Shown here: positions 36,239 through 52,600 of the stretch, piece after piece
How the letters are laid out: every line of letters begins with the position of its first letter
Numbering within the stretch: the first letter of the stretch is position 1
Assembly: GCA_964035545.1 (NCBI GenBank)
Contig: OZ037766.1
Span: forward strand, 2,604,001-2,668,000
Source: Bugula neritina
Taxonomy: Eukaryota; Animalia; Bryozoa
Length of the DNA stretch: 64,000 nucleotides
Direction of reading: 5' to 3'
The notes under the pieces: model-generated
Database searches by the model: none
Seen by the model: the letters and a program-made list of their open reading frames with translations, nothing else
Told to the model about the DNA's origin: nothing
Position numbers and translations under genes: made by a program

Positions 36239-39200
36239 ATGGACACTAGTGGGAATATGCATCCATATAAAGTTGTAGTATTTGTAAATATCTTTCTGCT
36301 TTTTGGGGCGACTAGCAGGGCTCAGCAACTACCTCGCCCACGAGACATCGATTTGGATCTGATAAACGCAAAATCTCCAAGTCTATCTGGTGTGAAAATT
36401 AATGGTAAGCTTTAGCTTTCCCTGCTTCGAAGTTTTAGAGCAAATATAATGTTTAGCATTTAAGTTAACTGCATTAACATTGATAGACATACTTATACCA
36501 ATACTAATAGTATATTTATTACTATTAGTATTAGTATAAGTATTACTAATTAGTATAAGTATTACACTTACAGTATTACTATCAGACTGAGACTAACTCT
36601 AAGTACTTTTGCTTTAGTAGTACTACGTCTACTCTGCTAGTCAGTAGTACTATTAGTATTACTACTAGTATTACTGCTATAATTTAATTTATTCAAGTTG
36701 AGTTCCCACAATGTAAAACTAAATGTGACACTATTATTATGTGAATTGTCATAATAATAAGATTGAAACATGAATATATTATTGTCAACACTACTAATTA
36801 AAATTATTAAATTTAATAATAATGAATTTCATACTGCTGACCTTTTAGTTTTATATAGATCTGAAGTTTAAGTGACAGTTTATTGTTTTTAATAGTGAAT
36901 AATTATAATAATTGCTCAGCTTCAGGCATGGGAAACCAGAAATGTGCATTTGGCTCTTCAAGTGTAAAACATTGTTATAATTTAATATCCATATTATATT
37001 GGTCCACTTACAGCTGAGTTAAAATTAGTTTAGACTTTTTATGTTGTGATGGATTAGTTACTACTGAAATTTATTTAAAATTATATACTGACTTAGAGTT
37101 AGTACCTTTTCAAACCATGCCGTTAAATCCAAAGTAAATGGTCAATAGAACTGAAAGCTCTAAATGTTGTTAAATATAGGCAAACATTTGTTTAAAAACA
37201 ACTATTGCCACAGCCTAGTCTTGCCATTGTAGTTTGTGCTTAGCACTTACAAATATTGTAGTAAATTGATAATTATGGCTGCAAATTCAAGTCCAAATTA
37301 GTGGTAGCTAAGTAACTTCAGTTTTGCATGTTGATAGAGTTGGTAATTGGTATATGGTAAGATATGATGGCATTTTTTAACGTTTAAATTTTTTAAACGC
37401 TTATTCTCTTCATTAGCCTAACAAAACTAATTATCACTGTTCTTATAGACTTCAATATCATGACTGAATAAAGAACTCTGGTACTAATATTAGTAAGCTG
37501 ACTTTTATTTTAAATTATGATGAATAAAAGTGTTCTGATAGTTCAGCAACTGCACCCTGCAAGAGCTGCTCCACTCATAATCACCAGCATTTGCATATTT
37601 ACACCATCTATTATTTACCAGGTCTGCTATCTATCTCCTAAACTGTTGATTGTTTTATGTAAATCAACTCTGGCATGTAAACCTGAGGTCTCTTAATATG
37701 GTAGCTCAGAACTCTGTGATTGCCAAAGTACTCAACCAAAATTAATTCCGAGTCTGGAACTTTGTCAATTTAAATGCCTGTACCGGCATAATAATACTTG
37801 CTATTGCACCCTATAATTTTGTGTACTAAACTGGAGCAGTGATTTTTAAACTCTTGGATAGTTTTTTTTCAGTTCATTTTTGGGCTGCGACAATAAGCAG
37901 ACTGGTTTGTAGCATTGAGGCTATCCAAAACATAAGAACAAAGTAATTAATTATTAGTTTAACTGGAATTGAAGTATACATATCCATGTTGAAACAATAG
38001 AACACATGGTGGAAGTGGAAGTTATATTTCTTATTTTGTATATCCAGCTGCATAGAGAAATATTACTAGTATATAATTGTTCTTAGACTGTCAAAGGGCT
38101 CATACAGTATTGCAGTTTCTTAAACAAAACCCACTGTAATTGTATACACCTTTGTCATCAACTAACTTGCAATAATAACCGATGAATAGATAAAAATGAC
38201 ACAGCTTGGTGTATTTTGTGTCTTTTGCCATTGTACTCGTAGTATCTATACCATTTGTTGTTGAGCACTAGTTACTCTAGATGCAATGCAGGGCTTTTGA
38301 TCTGTTTTCTCAGAGCAATCAATTTGTTTGAACATGATGTCAGATGTAGAAACAAAAGAACAAGCTATACAGTATGAGAATTATCAATAATTATTCACGG
38401 TTGAATAGTTGAACTTTGTGAGCCAGCTTAGCTACTCCGGACTAATGATTTTATTCAATAAAATTAGGTTATTAAAATGATTACATTAAGTTGTGAGAAC
38501 TGCCATACACATCACTCATGCAGTCTCCACTCCACACTTTGTCTCATAACACCTATTAATTATACAAGAAATGCTTTGCATCTCTGCTAACTAACCTAAA
38601 TCATTTCGAATGAACAATTTGTTATTTTAACCATGAAGTCAATTGAAAATTTCTATCACAGTAATAGATTTTGTTGGTAATTTTCTCATAGTTATAAATT
38701 TTTAAAATGTGAATTTGAAGCTCATTAACATACCTTTGGATCTGTACAGTGTTGTGAGTTACTCATAAAACATTCAATAAGCTCAGTTGGTGAAAGGAAT
38801 AGTAGTCCAAGTTTAGTAGATAAAATATTTAGATAATGAAATAAGAAAATGTTCAATATGTGAATCAAAGTATATACAAAAATTTTTGCTCTAAGATTCT
38901 ACTAAAAATTTAACTTAGATTGTTGATATGATTTATTTCTTTTTAATACATGGATGATGGATTAATACATTTTTTCAGGGAGATAAAATCATTTAGTATT
39001 ATTATCATATTAGTTGCAGATGATATAAAGCTAGCATCTAGCCTCCATACAGACTGTTCTAATGTTGATGTTGGTGACTTTACATCACCTGGATTAGACA
39101 TAATATTCCCAGTAATGACCAAGAAAGATGCTATACTACCTCTAAGCACATTTAACAATGCAACACAGGTAAATATTGACATGTCGTGCAGGTAACAAAT

Positions 39201-40594
39201 AAGTGGTGATTGTATATTAATACTTGATGTTACTATGTGACAATGTGAGCAGGTGATTGTATATTAATGTAAGATTTACCTACGTGGCATTGTATGAGAT
39301 TTCATTTTTAAAACTTTGTTGATTCATTGCTGCTAATGTAAGTTATAGTTATAGGCAATGTAAACCTTCTTACACACAAAGAAGTAGAGATGAACCTTTT
39401 ATTAAGGAGTTTATCTCCAATGTTTAGGGGTAATTGAAGAGTAAACTTTATGTTCCTTTACTTGTAGTCCCACAGGAGGCACGTGGTTGTCCGATTTACC
39501 TTCAGAGGAGAGAGACATAAGCTCAAGTTACAACACAATAGGTAATTCATATAATTAGCACCATATTTTTTAATTTAAATATGATTTGTTGGTAAAACTC
39601 ATGAAAATGAAGATTGCTAAAGAGTTTGTTTATAAGTATGTTGCAGTTATGTTGAAATAACACCAGATATAAGCCTATCTAAGCCTTTGCCAGTACTAAA
39701 TATGGAAAACATTGCCAAAGGCCATGTTTTTCCTCCCAAGTACCTGCTGTAGTTTGATGGGGATATTAGCGCTTAATGCACTGAACACTAATGCTATTAT
39801 AGTTTGTTTTTAATGTGATTTATGCTTACCCGCTTCAATTACTTAACAATAGAGCATATATAATAATTAGCTGAAAACATAAGCTGGTAATTCTTTCACC
39901 TTTGAATAGCTATTGAAACTATTGGTACTACGCTGAGTAAATTATTCATTAGCTATTGTTATAAATATTGTAAAGCTTAAGGCGTGCTGTTTTCTAGTAA
40001 ACTGGTAACTTGTTCCCAGTTGCTGCTGGCTGTGTTTATTAATGAGCCCAACTTTAAATGCTTATATACAGCAGTGCAGTTTGTTTTACTGTAATTGCCC
40101 TTAAAGCATACATACATTATATCTACGCTCAACCAGTTGGGGGGGGGGGGGGGTGTCAGTATACTAGATATGTGTGCATGTCTATGTAAGTTGTAAGGCT
40201 TCGTAGCTGAAGATGAACAAGTATAAAAAACAAATTGAAGATGAGCAGAATAAGTAAATCAAGGGGCAGAAACAGTGATGTATATGAAACATGGTTTAGT
40301 CCTACCATAACTACTCTTGATTGTATTTTGTAGCCATTTACTAAAGAGGAAGGAGAGACCTGGTCTCACACTGGTACGTATTCTCTCAACTTGGCAGGTG
40401 TTGGTGAACCACTCTTCTGTGATATTCTCTATATAGTTGTTTGTGGCTAAACTAATGATTCCAAATGTTACTACTAAATTTATATCCTGTAACAATTGCC
40501 TTGTGTTAATCGCCAAATGGACATTACTAAATTATATAATATATAACATATAGCACATACCTTCATATATTATAGTATATGACATATAGCTTTA

Positions 40595-40692
<98 letters not shown>

Positions 40693-43600
40693 CATATTAT
40701 TCTGCATATATGACAGCTATTATTTTATAGTTAGTTTAACCTTTTAATAATTTAAATGTTTCAAAATTATATATGCAAAAAGACAAAGGTAGCGTTACAG
40801 GTTATGAGCCCCAAGGAATAAATATTTAAATATTATGATAATACTTTTAATTAATTCAGCAATAAATGACTTTGCATTTGGTTCACCAGAATTTGCAGGG
40901 TAATGCAATATACTCAAATGTTTCTGTAAGCAACATTTTAATTGGTTCACGTGAACTGATGATGAACCACAAGTGTGTTGGTTTAGAAGGCTGTGTAGTA
41001 ATGCAGTCGAGTGTTTGGTCAGTTTGTGTTGGAAGGAAATCAAATTTATGAACCCTCGAATTTCTAGAAGTCAATGGTTCTGAGTTGTTATCTTTGAGTG
41101 GCAAATATTTTTGCCATGTTTTATGTTTCTTGAATGGCCAATGGTGGGGTTGGGGGGGGGGTTCTTGGAAAGCTATAGTCGTAGCTTTCTGAGGAGGCCA
41201 GGCTTTTAATGAGTCTTAGTTGCTCAGCATTAATTGGAAAAGCTTTATCTGGAGTTTAAAGTTTCGATTTTTCACTTTTATAATTGTTTTATAAAACGAA
41301 AACTAATTTAGGGCCCTTTTCTCTGATAGTGAATATAATTATTGAGCTTGGTTGAAATACTCTCACAAGTTTCGAATTGCAAGCAAATAATGGACTCTCA
41401 ACATTTGCCCTGAGCATCTGATAATGTTTTAGTGTTGTTTGTGGTTCGTGCTGGGCTCTGTTAGCTAGTCACGTGCTGGGTTCATTGTACTAGCAAACAG
41501 GCCAACCTATAATGATTTTGAAATGTAACACAAAAGTGTATTTACATCTACGGTACTACCAGTGTTTGCAGTTATAGTAAACTCAAACCATTCCATCTGT
41601 TTTACATGCTAAAATATGTTATTGATAAGATAAATTTTAATGCAAATCAATAAAACACAGCATTTGTGTACTTTGGCTTGGCCGGCTGTGGAATTTCATT
41701 CATAACACCTGTTCCGATATTGCTACTGATGTAACATAGCAGTGTTTTCTGTGGAATTTGCTGTCCCTTTCACTTTAGCAGTAAAGTTTTTTGGAGTGAT
41801 GAAGAAACTATTTTTTCTAAATGCAGACGCCATGAAAGATTTGAAAAAAAGATGTTTTCCTTTGAGATGAGTTTTGTCACTTTCATGTTAGTTGAAATCA
41901 AACTGAGAAGCTGAAAACTCAGTGTATGTAAATAGTTTCTCAACAGTTTCTAAGTTGAATACTCCCAATCGCTGCCGAATCAATACGATGCCAGAGGCTG
42001 CATCAAAGTTTCCTTCCAACATTTTTTAAAACAGTCAATTCCATGTGTTGAAAGTATTTGTTTATTATTATTCAGTGGCAGTAATCTGTTGAATATTCGT
42101 TGTGTTCGTAACCAAGATATTATGTAAACTTATCAAATATGTTTATGCATATATGACATTTGCCGTCATGTGACATTTACTGCCATGATTGTGACACAGT
42201 TCCCCACCACGTTGATGCTATCTCCACGTCTTGACTTGTAACTAGACAAACTAATCCCCGTTTTATTGCAGGAGGAGAACTGCTATTACCAAGGATACTG
42301 CTCCAGAAGCGAACATCTCAGCAAAGAAAATTTTGTTTCCATGTCAACTTGCGACGGTCTGAGGTAAAGTATTGTACTGTAGCAGTTCCAACTCAGTTGA
42401 GCAAAGGTAGACACCAACTTTGTTAAATAGACATTAAAATATAACAAGTCTCAAGGCACGAAACAAAACACTATAACCTAGCGACTTGTTTTTTAATACA
42501 ATATCAATAAATCATATACTTGGACTTGGGTACATTTTACTATATTGTTTATATATTTGTATCAACTGTAATGGTGCATTATTACATTTTTTATATCTGC
42601 TGAGCATATTAACAGCTGCAGGTTAGATTTTGCCATAAAATATTCAGATAATTTGCTAGAATAATTTGCCAGGATTAAGGTAGTAGCCCAATTATACGAT
42701 TTATTCAACCAAGGAAGTCTAAATCTCATGCTATGCTAAGACTAATGTGTGCTTACAAACCAAACACCTGTTAATCCATTACAGAAATGCACTCAATTGA
42801 TAATCTCCCCCTACGTAACGTAATGCAGATGTGTTTAATCTGGCCCCCTGTGAAGTACCCTAATATTCCTTCAGTTTCTGAAGAAGACTACAAGTTTTAT
42901 GTGTTGTGTAGTAAAACTTTATACAATACCGTGATTTATGCGCTAATTAATGTACTTAACCAGCCATCACCTGCTCATACCTCTCATGTAATTAAACCTA
43001 ATACAATTTATCACCAAAACAGTAGGACCTTCATTACCAAGTCAAATCATACTTCTGCCCTTTTAGCTGTGGATTAGTGGATAATTTTCAACCTGCTCAG
43101 CCTCTAAGAGTTACCTATTTATGAATTATTTATTATATTTTGGATCCTTGCCAAGTATTCAGCTGAAAGGTGTGAACAGGTGCTTTCTGTGTGTTGTGCT
43201 GGTGACATGTTAGTGTGTGTTGTAGAGGTGTAATACAGATCAGTGGTGAATCTTACAGGATATACCCTCACCAGCTCAGCAACCCTTACATGGTATTTAC
43301 TTAAACTTCTTTTCAACAAACAATCAAGTATTTGAGACTAGGTTAAGTTCAGTAGTAGCTTATAGGTAAACCACAAACCATTTCTTTAAATATTTAGTGA
43401 TTTATTAGATAAGAATTCCTCCCTGAACAATTCTTTTGGTAGACACGAAGGCTCTGATAAATCTAATATTCCTAAACTGGTTGATTTATTGTTGTTTAAT
43501 AGTAATCGTAGTAAGAACTGTGGTGGTACTGATATAGTGATAGTGATGTAGAGTGAGAGTATCAGTACTACCACCACTACCACTACTACTGCTACTACTG

Positions 43601-46600
43601 CTGCTACTACTAGTACTTGCACTACTAATACTTACACTACTACTACTTCCATATAATATGCTAGGTGTGCCGTCCCCACGTTATATATAAAGTGGCCAGT
43701 ACAGAAGACAGCCTGTGTGGTAACCAGAGTGGACAGTGGTCATCCTTTGAGGAGCTCCACGGTGATGCATTGAAGAAGCTGAGCCCTCGAGTATGTAACT
43801 TATTTCTTACTGAGCTCTACAGTGTACAGCTTGTTACAGTATACCACTGAGCTCTGCAGTATATGGCATACTACAGCATACCACTGAGCTCTACAGTATA
43901 TATCTTACTACAGTATATCACTGAGCTCTACAGTATATAGCTTACTACAGTATACCACTGAGCTCTACAGTATATGACTTACTACAGTATACCACTGAGC
44001 TCTACAGTGTACAGCTTGTTACAGTATACCACTGAGCTCTACAGTGTACAGCTTGTTACAGTATACCACTGAGCTCTACAGTGTACAGCTTGTTACAGTA
44101 TACCACTGAGCTCTACAGTGTACAGCTTGTTACAGTATACCACTGAGCTCTACAGTGTACAGCTTGTTACAGTATACCACTGAGCTCTGCAGTATATAGC
44201 TTGTTACAGTATACCACTGATCTCTACAGTATATAGCCTATTACAGTATACCACTGATCTCTACAGTATATAGCTTACTACAGTATACCACTGAGCTCTG
44301 CAGTATATAGCCTATTACAGTATACCACTGATCTCTACAGTATATAGCTTACTACAGTATACCACTGAGCTCTACAGTATATATCTTACTACAGCAAGTT
44401 TTTGTCTTGTCCAACGAAAATACAGTTTCTTAAAATCTTCTAGATGACCAAACTGTATAATTTATGTGTTGATTTATCAACTGCTGAGGAATTTATGCAA
44501 ATGGTAAACTGTTTTTAATAACTTGGTGGAGGTGTCATCAGTGAATAGGGGGAGGAAGGGGTTGTCCAATGTGTACAGTATGCATATGACTAGTTTGCAT
44601 CTCGTGTTATATAGGATGGCTTACTGGCTGCTGGGGTAAGCTGCTATCTAGATATATTGCATGGAAGTTAAGCTACGTGATCAGCAGTAGAAATGATTGA
44701 TTAAAACTGTTGAGAGTTGAGATTGAATGAGCAAGCCTCAAATTTCCTGATTCTAACTGACATTGTTTCGTGATTTAATATAATTACACATTTTGAAACA
44801 GCGAATAAAAGAATTTAATTACATTTGCTCATCCTATGCTCGATGGAGTAATCTCTTACTATTTAATTTCTAAATTCACGCTGCGTTGAATCAGTTGGTT
44901 ACGAATAACTCATCCGTCTTGTCATTTAATAAACTCACAGATTATAAGTATTGCAAATAACTTCTAGCTAGATATGTCCTGTGAATTTTAAATTCTGTTG
45001 CAAGTTTAGTTATGTCCTGCATGGTGTCAGAAATTTTATTTTTTTGCATGATTTTTTGAACTCGCACATAATTGAGCTATATTTTATATTTTGCTGTGAA
45101 AAATCTTAACATTAAAAGTTTTTTCTGCTACTTAATGGATGTTGTGAAGGAATCTTCTTTGAAAGTTATAGTGTTGCGGTTAAAATATAAAACATATGTA
45201 GATTTATTTTGTGGTCCAAACCATTTAGCTGGTTGTTTCTAATTTAATGATTTATATGCATCAGGTAACCTTGTGTGTGTGAACACACTTGAACGGGCCT
45301 GGTGTGTCATGAATAATGAGGTTTTGTTGACACATCTTGCAGGTTAGAAGATCCACAGAGCCAAGATATTTAGAGCTGGCGTTGATTATGGACAGATCTA
45401 TGGTAGGCATGCTATTTCATAGTCACATGTTCCATTATAATTGAAAGTTATATGTAGTGCAATATCAGGTGAGATTTTCTCCACCTCACCCGGTCAATCA
45501 AGTTACAGTTGAAGGTGAAACCCTTTTATAAACAAATTATTCTCATCATATATAACATTCTGACGTGCGGCGAGGTCTCTATAATTACATGTTCTAAGTA
45601 GGCGCTCCTTAATTATACACTTTTTAACAAAAATCAATCTTTTTTTTAAGTATTATTTTTATTGGAATGCCTATAACCTACATTATATTTAATTTCACTA
45701 ATAATTTGAAGTGTTAACTAACTTCCACTTTTTGGAATTTTCGTTTACTGTTTCGAATGCTAATGGTGGGTTTAGCGAATGAAAGTCATGGCCTTGATCG
45801 GCAGTTATCAAAAATGAAATTGGTGATGGCGTTTGACAGTCATTCAGGACTGGAGATTGAAACATTGAAAAATGAAATTTAAGAAAAGCAAGGATAAAAA
45901 GGCACACACTTGGAGCAGGTCTTGGTTAAGGGAGGGGTTAAAGTAGTAAATTGAAAAGAGGGAAGAAGCAAACTTAAAACCAAATGAAATATTAAATGTA
46001 GAAATCGAAGGTTTGAGAGATTAAGATGCATAAAGGAACTCAAGTGTGAAGTTTCACTGTTACCTCACCTGATGGGAGAGTCAGAAGTTGTAGTGTTCCC
46101 ATGTACCTACTACCACCGGGTGGCGTAGTAGTAGTAACCAGGACCACTAATACTCTTGTATGTGGTGACTGTAAGCTGATTCTCTCGCCACAGGTGGTGC
46201 TGTAATATGCACCACAGGTATGCTGTAATATCAATGTAATCTGCTTGTAGTACCTTAAGAATGGGTTTAGTGAAGACAGAGCCATGGAGACAGTGCTGGA
46301 AGTCACCAATATCATTGATATGGTGAGTAGAGTTGTCCTTGACATTCCTGATGACTTGTTTTTGTATAGATGAGCAGTTATTGTAGTTTCTGACCGGAAA
46401 TCAAAGTGTGGATTAACAGTAAATTCATGTGCAGATAAAATTTAGTATATATAATATTGCATCACGGTTTTAGACTGGTAATGCCCTGTTGACACAGATA
46501 TGTGTAGAAACGTAAGCTCTGGTGAATCATGACTCATTGGTGGCCTATTGGGGAGAGATATTCTTGTATTATGTTGAATACTGTTAGAAATAAGAATACA

Positions 46601-49600
46601 GGTTTACTGTAAAAGCTGTAGTACTAGCTCTATCTCACTGTTCTTGAGAATTTGGTTGAAGACTTGTAATATAAGTTATATAGTCTATTGAATGTGTATG
46701 CTGTAGTACTACCAGAGCTTGAACATCAGAGTCGGGCTGATTTATTCCGAGTTCTGGACTGAAGATAAGATGAATGTGTCGAGTAATCCTCGGGAAACGC
46801 TGCAGAACTTTGTAAACTACGCCTCTGCGCATCTCGGGGAGGTTGACTATGATCTGGCCCACCTTATCAGGTTGGTTTTGCTATATTTTTAATTCTTAAA
46901 TTAAACTTTAATTACCTAATGAGTTTTTGAACTATGTATGTTTTGTCTTTTTTTGGAACCTTTTATTTGCTATACATTTCTATACATGAGATTTAGTATA
47001 TTTTTCATTTTCTTATCTGAATTTGTTTCTGAAATGTTAGATTTCATAATCCCCTTAAAGATGATGTAGGATTAGTCTTTGTATTCTAAATTCTCATTGG
47101 TCAGTTTACTATACTGGCTGCCCAAACTTTAACTCTGTAATTCTCAACATGTTATATAGGTCAGGTTAAATAGGTCAAGAGGCTATAAAGTCTTCCTAGG
47201 TCATGTTGCTTTCTCTAAACCATAATTTTGCATGTAATTGTAGAATATCCAACAGTTTCAGCAAAATGTTTTTGCAATTATCCACTTAATTTCTTAATTT
47301 TAGAGGATTACGTTAGACTTAATATGTGATCTCTGAAAGTTAATGGTGTGTTTATGGGAGTTATATTGCTAAAAATGTTTTGATATGCCACGATATTACT
47401 CTAAGCCTGTCTCAACCGAACAGTAAATGTTTTGTGTGTCTCTGTGTAGCTGAACTGCGTCATAAGGCTTCCAAAGATTTGCCAGTTCCATAGTCCAGTG
47501 TTAATACTGTATCATAAAATGATTATTATAATAGCTGCAATTAGTGTGGTTTTTATATTTTATTACATTTATAGCACTAAAATTTTCTTGTCTATATTGA
47601 AAAATATGGCAAGTTATAAACCCAAACTAAGCAAAAACCGGCCTGCTAGTGAAACATGATTTAGTTGAAAAATTGAAAAGCTAGTTTCAGTGAGTAGAAC
47701 AAATGTCAATGCTAATCAAAAGAGCATCATTTATTCACAGTGAAATGTCAACAAATAGCCCTTTGATAAGTAATTCAATGTTGAAGTCTAATACAAACAT
47801 TCATTATGCAAACTCAATGCTAGTTTGAATTAGTGTTAATGCCAAACATCAACATGCAAACATGCGAGTGTAGTAGCAGTTCCCTACTAACTTTATTAGA
47901 ACAGCTGCTGTAAAGTGTAACAATATATATCTGAATTATTTAAACTACCCAAACAAAATCTTCCACCAATGCTTGCTTTTTGAAGAAGTCATCATTCATA
48001 TTGAAAATATATCTTATTTTGTCACGCATAAATCAAGCTTAGAAAAGTTTTTCGGCAAAAAAATTAACTGTTCAATGTGGGGGTATATAGTAATGAAGGA
48101 GACTGCAAGGTGCTTGTTTTTGCCTGACAAGATTTCAAAGTGCTTGTAGACACATTCTCTAAATGACAAGCATGCAATTGACTAGCAGTTGACAATATTC
48201 CAAGGTGCCTGGTAGGTTCGCCTACGACTGACTAGACTGCAAGGTGCTTGTTCTTATTGTCATTGTGAATCACTCGTTCTCTGATCTGACCATTCATTTT
48301 AGACATAAACAAGGACTTCTTAAGTGGGGTGCTCAGACCCATAGCCTAAACTATGTAAATTTTATTGCAAAGGGCACTTGAGTTAGGATTGTGATATTGC
48401 AGCCTGTACAGGTAGCACGGTGACAGTTTAAATCCATACAACCTTATCTACTTCCACTGGTCATCTCCTTCATGTACATTGTATACTCTTTCATTGACAT
48501 CGTATACTCCTTCATTGCAGTTATATGTTCCTTATGAATACACATGAAAATACTCCTGCACTGCATTGTCCTTCAGTATAGTTGCCAGTGGTTTTACACT
48601 AAATTCATTATTTGAAACACTGCAAAGTGCATATCCAGTACTTTGAGAACCACCCTGTAGAAACAGCAACAGATATTTCGGTAAATTAAAATATTTATAA
48701 TTTACAGTTTTAATGTTGAATTATATGAACTATGTTGAATTGTTTTTTTTTTCATATTTTAGTGGAATAACTTTTGATGAAGATTCTTCAGGCTTGGCAA
48801 TTCCTGATTCAGTATGTTTAAAAAGAGGCGTGGCTGTGGTATCCAGCCAATCAGAAGACAACTCCCGCCACCTGGCTTCTGTTATCTCGCACATGATTGG
48901 TCACAACATTGGCTTACTTCATGACACCAAAGGTATGTGTGGCATCCCATTGCCATATCTGATCCGATGTGGCTCACCTGCATCTTGTCCACTAATGGCC
49001 AGTTCCTAATTTGTTTCAAGTTTTAAATGGCAGAAATATGCAAAAAGTCTTTATATTCAACTGGAAACCGAGCATTAAAAGAGTTTTATTGTCATCTTAG
49101 ATTGAGTTTTTCTTTTATTTAGCATATGATTTCCCATACTATGGTAGGTCTAGCTTGTGTTTTTGACTGGGTTAACCTGAACTGTTGCGGTGTTTGCAAA
49201 GGCTGCCATATTTGTTGTTATGTAATGCCTCACCAGCTCTTTGAAGTTCTGTAACACCCTCTCTCAATTTTATTGTGATCTTGTTCCATGGCAAACTGTA
49301 CACCTTACCATTTCCTGTTCATTGCACCTTTGTTAGCACATGTGAATCTTTTGCCATAAATTAAATTCGATTAGTTTTTTTTATATATTACTTTATTGTT
49401 GTATGACTCAAAAAATTAAGTTACAATGTACTGTAGTTTCTAGCTATTGAAATTTACCGGTCTTATCGAGTCAGATTTGTTTTTATTTATTATTGTGAGT
49501 GTGATATACTAATTGCTCAATCTTTGGTATGACTCACTCACTCCCTCACTCACTCACTCACTCACTCACTCCCTCACTAGCTCACTCATTCACTCGCTCA

Positions 49601-52600
49601 CTCAGTCAGTCACTAGCTCACTCACTCACTCACTCACTCACTCACTCACTCACTCACTCTGTTGTCTGACTTGTTATTTGACTTTATACTTACAAAATTT
49701 ACAGTGAAAACTTTACTAGCTTTTTCATTTTCATTGCAAACTACCTGTTGGTGACTTGTTGTAGAATGTGTATGTGAAGATAAGGATTTGGGTTGCATTA
49801 TGGACATGAATATGTGAGTATTACCCTTACTATATATACTATATACTATATACTCTACTATATACTATATACTATATCTACTCTACTATATACTATATCT
49901 ACCTATACTTTCTACCTCTACCTATACTATATACTATATACTCTACTATATATTATACTATACACTATATGCTATATACTATGCTGTGTAGGGGTTCCAA
50001 ATCGCCGAGTCAGTTCTCCAGCTGCAGCGTCTCCCGTCTGGACTTGCTGAATGACCTTGGGCTCGGGTCATGTCTGCTCGGCGAGTCACAGAGGAGCTCC
50101 TTCACTCAGTCGTGTGGAAATGGATTCGTTGAAAGGGGCGAGCAGTGTGACTGTGGTACGGCAGAGGTAACCCTACTAAAAATATAATATTGAGTTATTT
50201 TAACCCACTATACTGAAATTTTGCTCCTTGACCAACTTGTGGAAGTCAACAAATTCATAATTGATGTTTAGTTACAGTTTAAACATATAAGAAACTGCAG
50301 TGAACTATAAATCTAATCTCTTGGTTTTACTTCTAATTAAAATTCCATAAATTTTTTGTTTTACTGTTCTAAGGGTTTCGTTCAGCTTTTGTTATGTATT
50401 TCAATGCTTATGTATGACACAACTGGCTGTTCTTCTGTTACAGAACTGTGAGAGGGTTGACCCCTGCTGTGACCCCAGCACTTGTCTGCTCAAAACAAAT
50501 GCCAGGTGCAAGTCTGGTCCGTGCTGTCACAACTGTCTGCCAAAAGCGTCCAATGAAGTCTGCAGAGAAGCTGACGGTGAATGTGACGCTGCGGAGTACT
50601 GTGATGGTGTGACGGGAGAGGTGAGTCACACTAACTAGTAGTCACGCTAACTAGTACTCTCTGCTAACTAGTACTCTGCTAACAGAGTACTCTGTTAGCT
50701 AGTAGTCTACTAACTGTATTATATGAATCAAAAGACTGTGGGTTGACGACTAGTCGTGTAAAGTACTCGTATGTTGGAATTTTCAGCAAAGTAATATTAA
50801 TTCCTTTAACTGCTTTTACTTTTGGTTAATAGGTATGGTAATTGCTTCTGTGCTTGTAATTTGCTTGTTTATGAATAAATTACGAGTGACAGTGTGTCAT
50901 GTGTAATTGGCGAGATTTCTACAAAGCGTAAGAATGGTGGAAGAGAAATCAAGTGGAGTTGAGGCTGGTAATTAGCTCTTAGAATAGTGCTAAGAGCATC
51001 TTCCAGTTCAATGACTCCTACTCAACTCTCGTGTACAACATACAGCAAACTCTTCAGTAGCCACGAGAGTGTCTGAATGCACCAGGTGGACCCCAGTCTA
51101 GCGTATGGACTGACTTTTTATAAGAGTGTTCCTGTAATGGTCCTAGCAAGTCCTTGAGGAATGTTTCTGAGTGATAAATATTAGTATAATGCAGTAACTG
51201 TGGAACCTTTATGATTTCTAGTGCCCAGCTGACCATGCGATAGCCAATGGGCAGCCGTGTTCGGGTGGTCACTGTTATAACGGACGATGCCCGTCACATG
51301 ACGCCCAGTGCAAGCAGTTCTGGGACTCTGAGGCTACATCGGCCCACGAGGAGTGCTACACGTACAACAATCCACAGGGTAACCTGTTCGGTCACTGCGG
51401 GCTGGACAGTAGTGGGCTCCCTACCAAGTGCCTTCTCCAGTAAGTTCTCGTGCTATGCTATACACTATACACTATTGACTATACACTATTGTACTATATT
51501 ATATTATATTATACTATAATACAATACATTATACTATACCCTATTATGTTATATAATATTGCACTATATTATTGTATACGCTACTATATGTTAGACTAGT
51601 GTGTATTATATTATTGTATACGCTACTATATGTTAGACTAGTGTGTATTATATTATTGTATACGCTACTATATGTTAGACTAGTGTGTATTATAGTATTG
51701 TATACGCTACTATATGTTAGACTAGTGTGTATTATATTATTGTATACGCTACTATATGTTAGACTAGTGTGTATTATAGTATTGTATACGCTACTATATG
51801 TTAGACTAGTGTGTATTATAGTATTGTATACGCTACTATATGTTAGACTAGTGTATATTATATTTGAGCTATTGCCAGCTCATGTAGTCTACAAATCTGT
51901 TTCCTGCTCAGAGAAAATGTAAATATTACTCCAACTTGTAGGGATTCTTTCTGTGGACTGCTGCAGTGTCAGGGGGGCACCCAGTACGCCATCCAGAGTA
52001 ACCTAGAATACAGGACTACCTCCGTAGGATCTAATGCTAACGAGAAATACAGCTGCAAGTAAGTAGCGATTCCAACACACAACACAATCCATCTAATCAA
52101 AGACAACACCGGATAATTTATGTGATTATTTGTTGTGAAGCCAAGGAAAGTTCACGTCCAGCTGAAGATTTATTAGTCTTGTACAGAATGCTGTGTGGCT
52201 GGTCTCATGTATGAATGCTAATCTGGTATTTCACTGAATGGCTTAGTTTCTTGACAGACACTTAGTTCCTGTATGAGTCACCAGCCTCTGGTGTCAATGC
52301 AAGTTGAACGGGAAGGTGTTACATTTACTTTTATGACTGAACCACTTTGCTTTCTGTCTCTGGGGTTATTTAAGGAACATTTCAAATTCCTCATCTGTGA
52401 AGATCCAGCTCTCTGTAGGGTGGGAATATGTCCCATTAGAATTTAGATCATTTGTTTCATCCCCACAATGTTTTATTGCTTATCAAGAAAGCAAACCACA
52501 GCATAAACTTTAATAAATTATGTGTAGTGAAAGTCTCCAAGTTTCACTCCCACCAGAACATTTAGGAGCAGTAGTGGAGAAATAGCCTAAATTTCTTAAT

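Noticed and set aside
43809-44393. CRISPR-like array (37-bp periodicity)
   Set aside because: Head-to-tail repeats without unique spacers, in a eukaryotic intron, with no cas genes.
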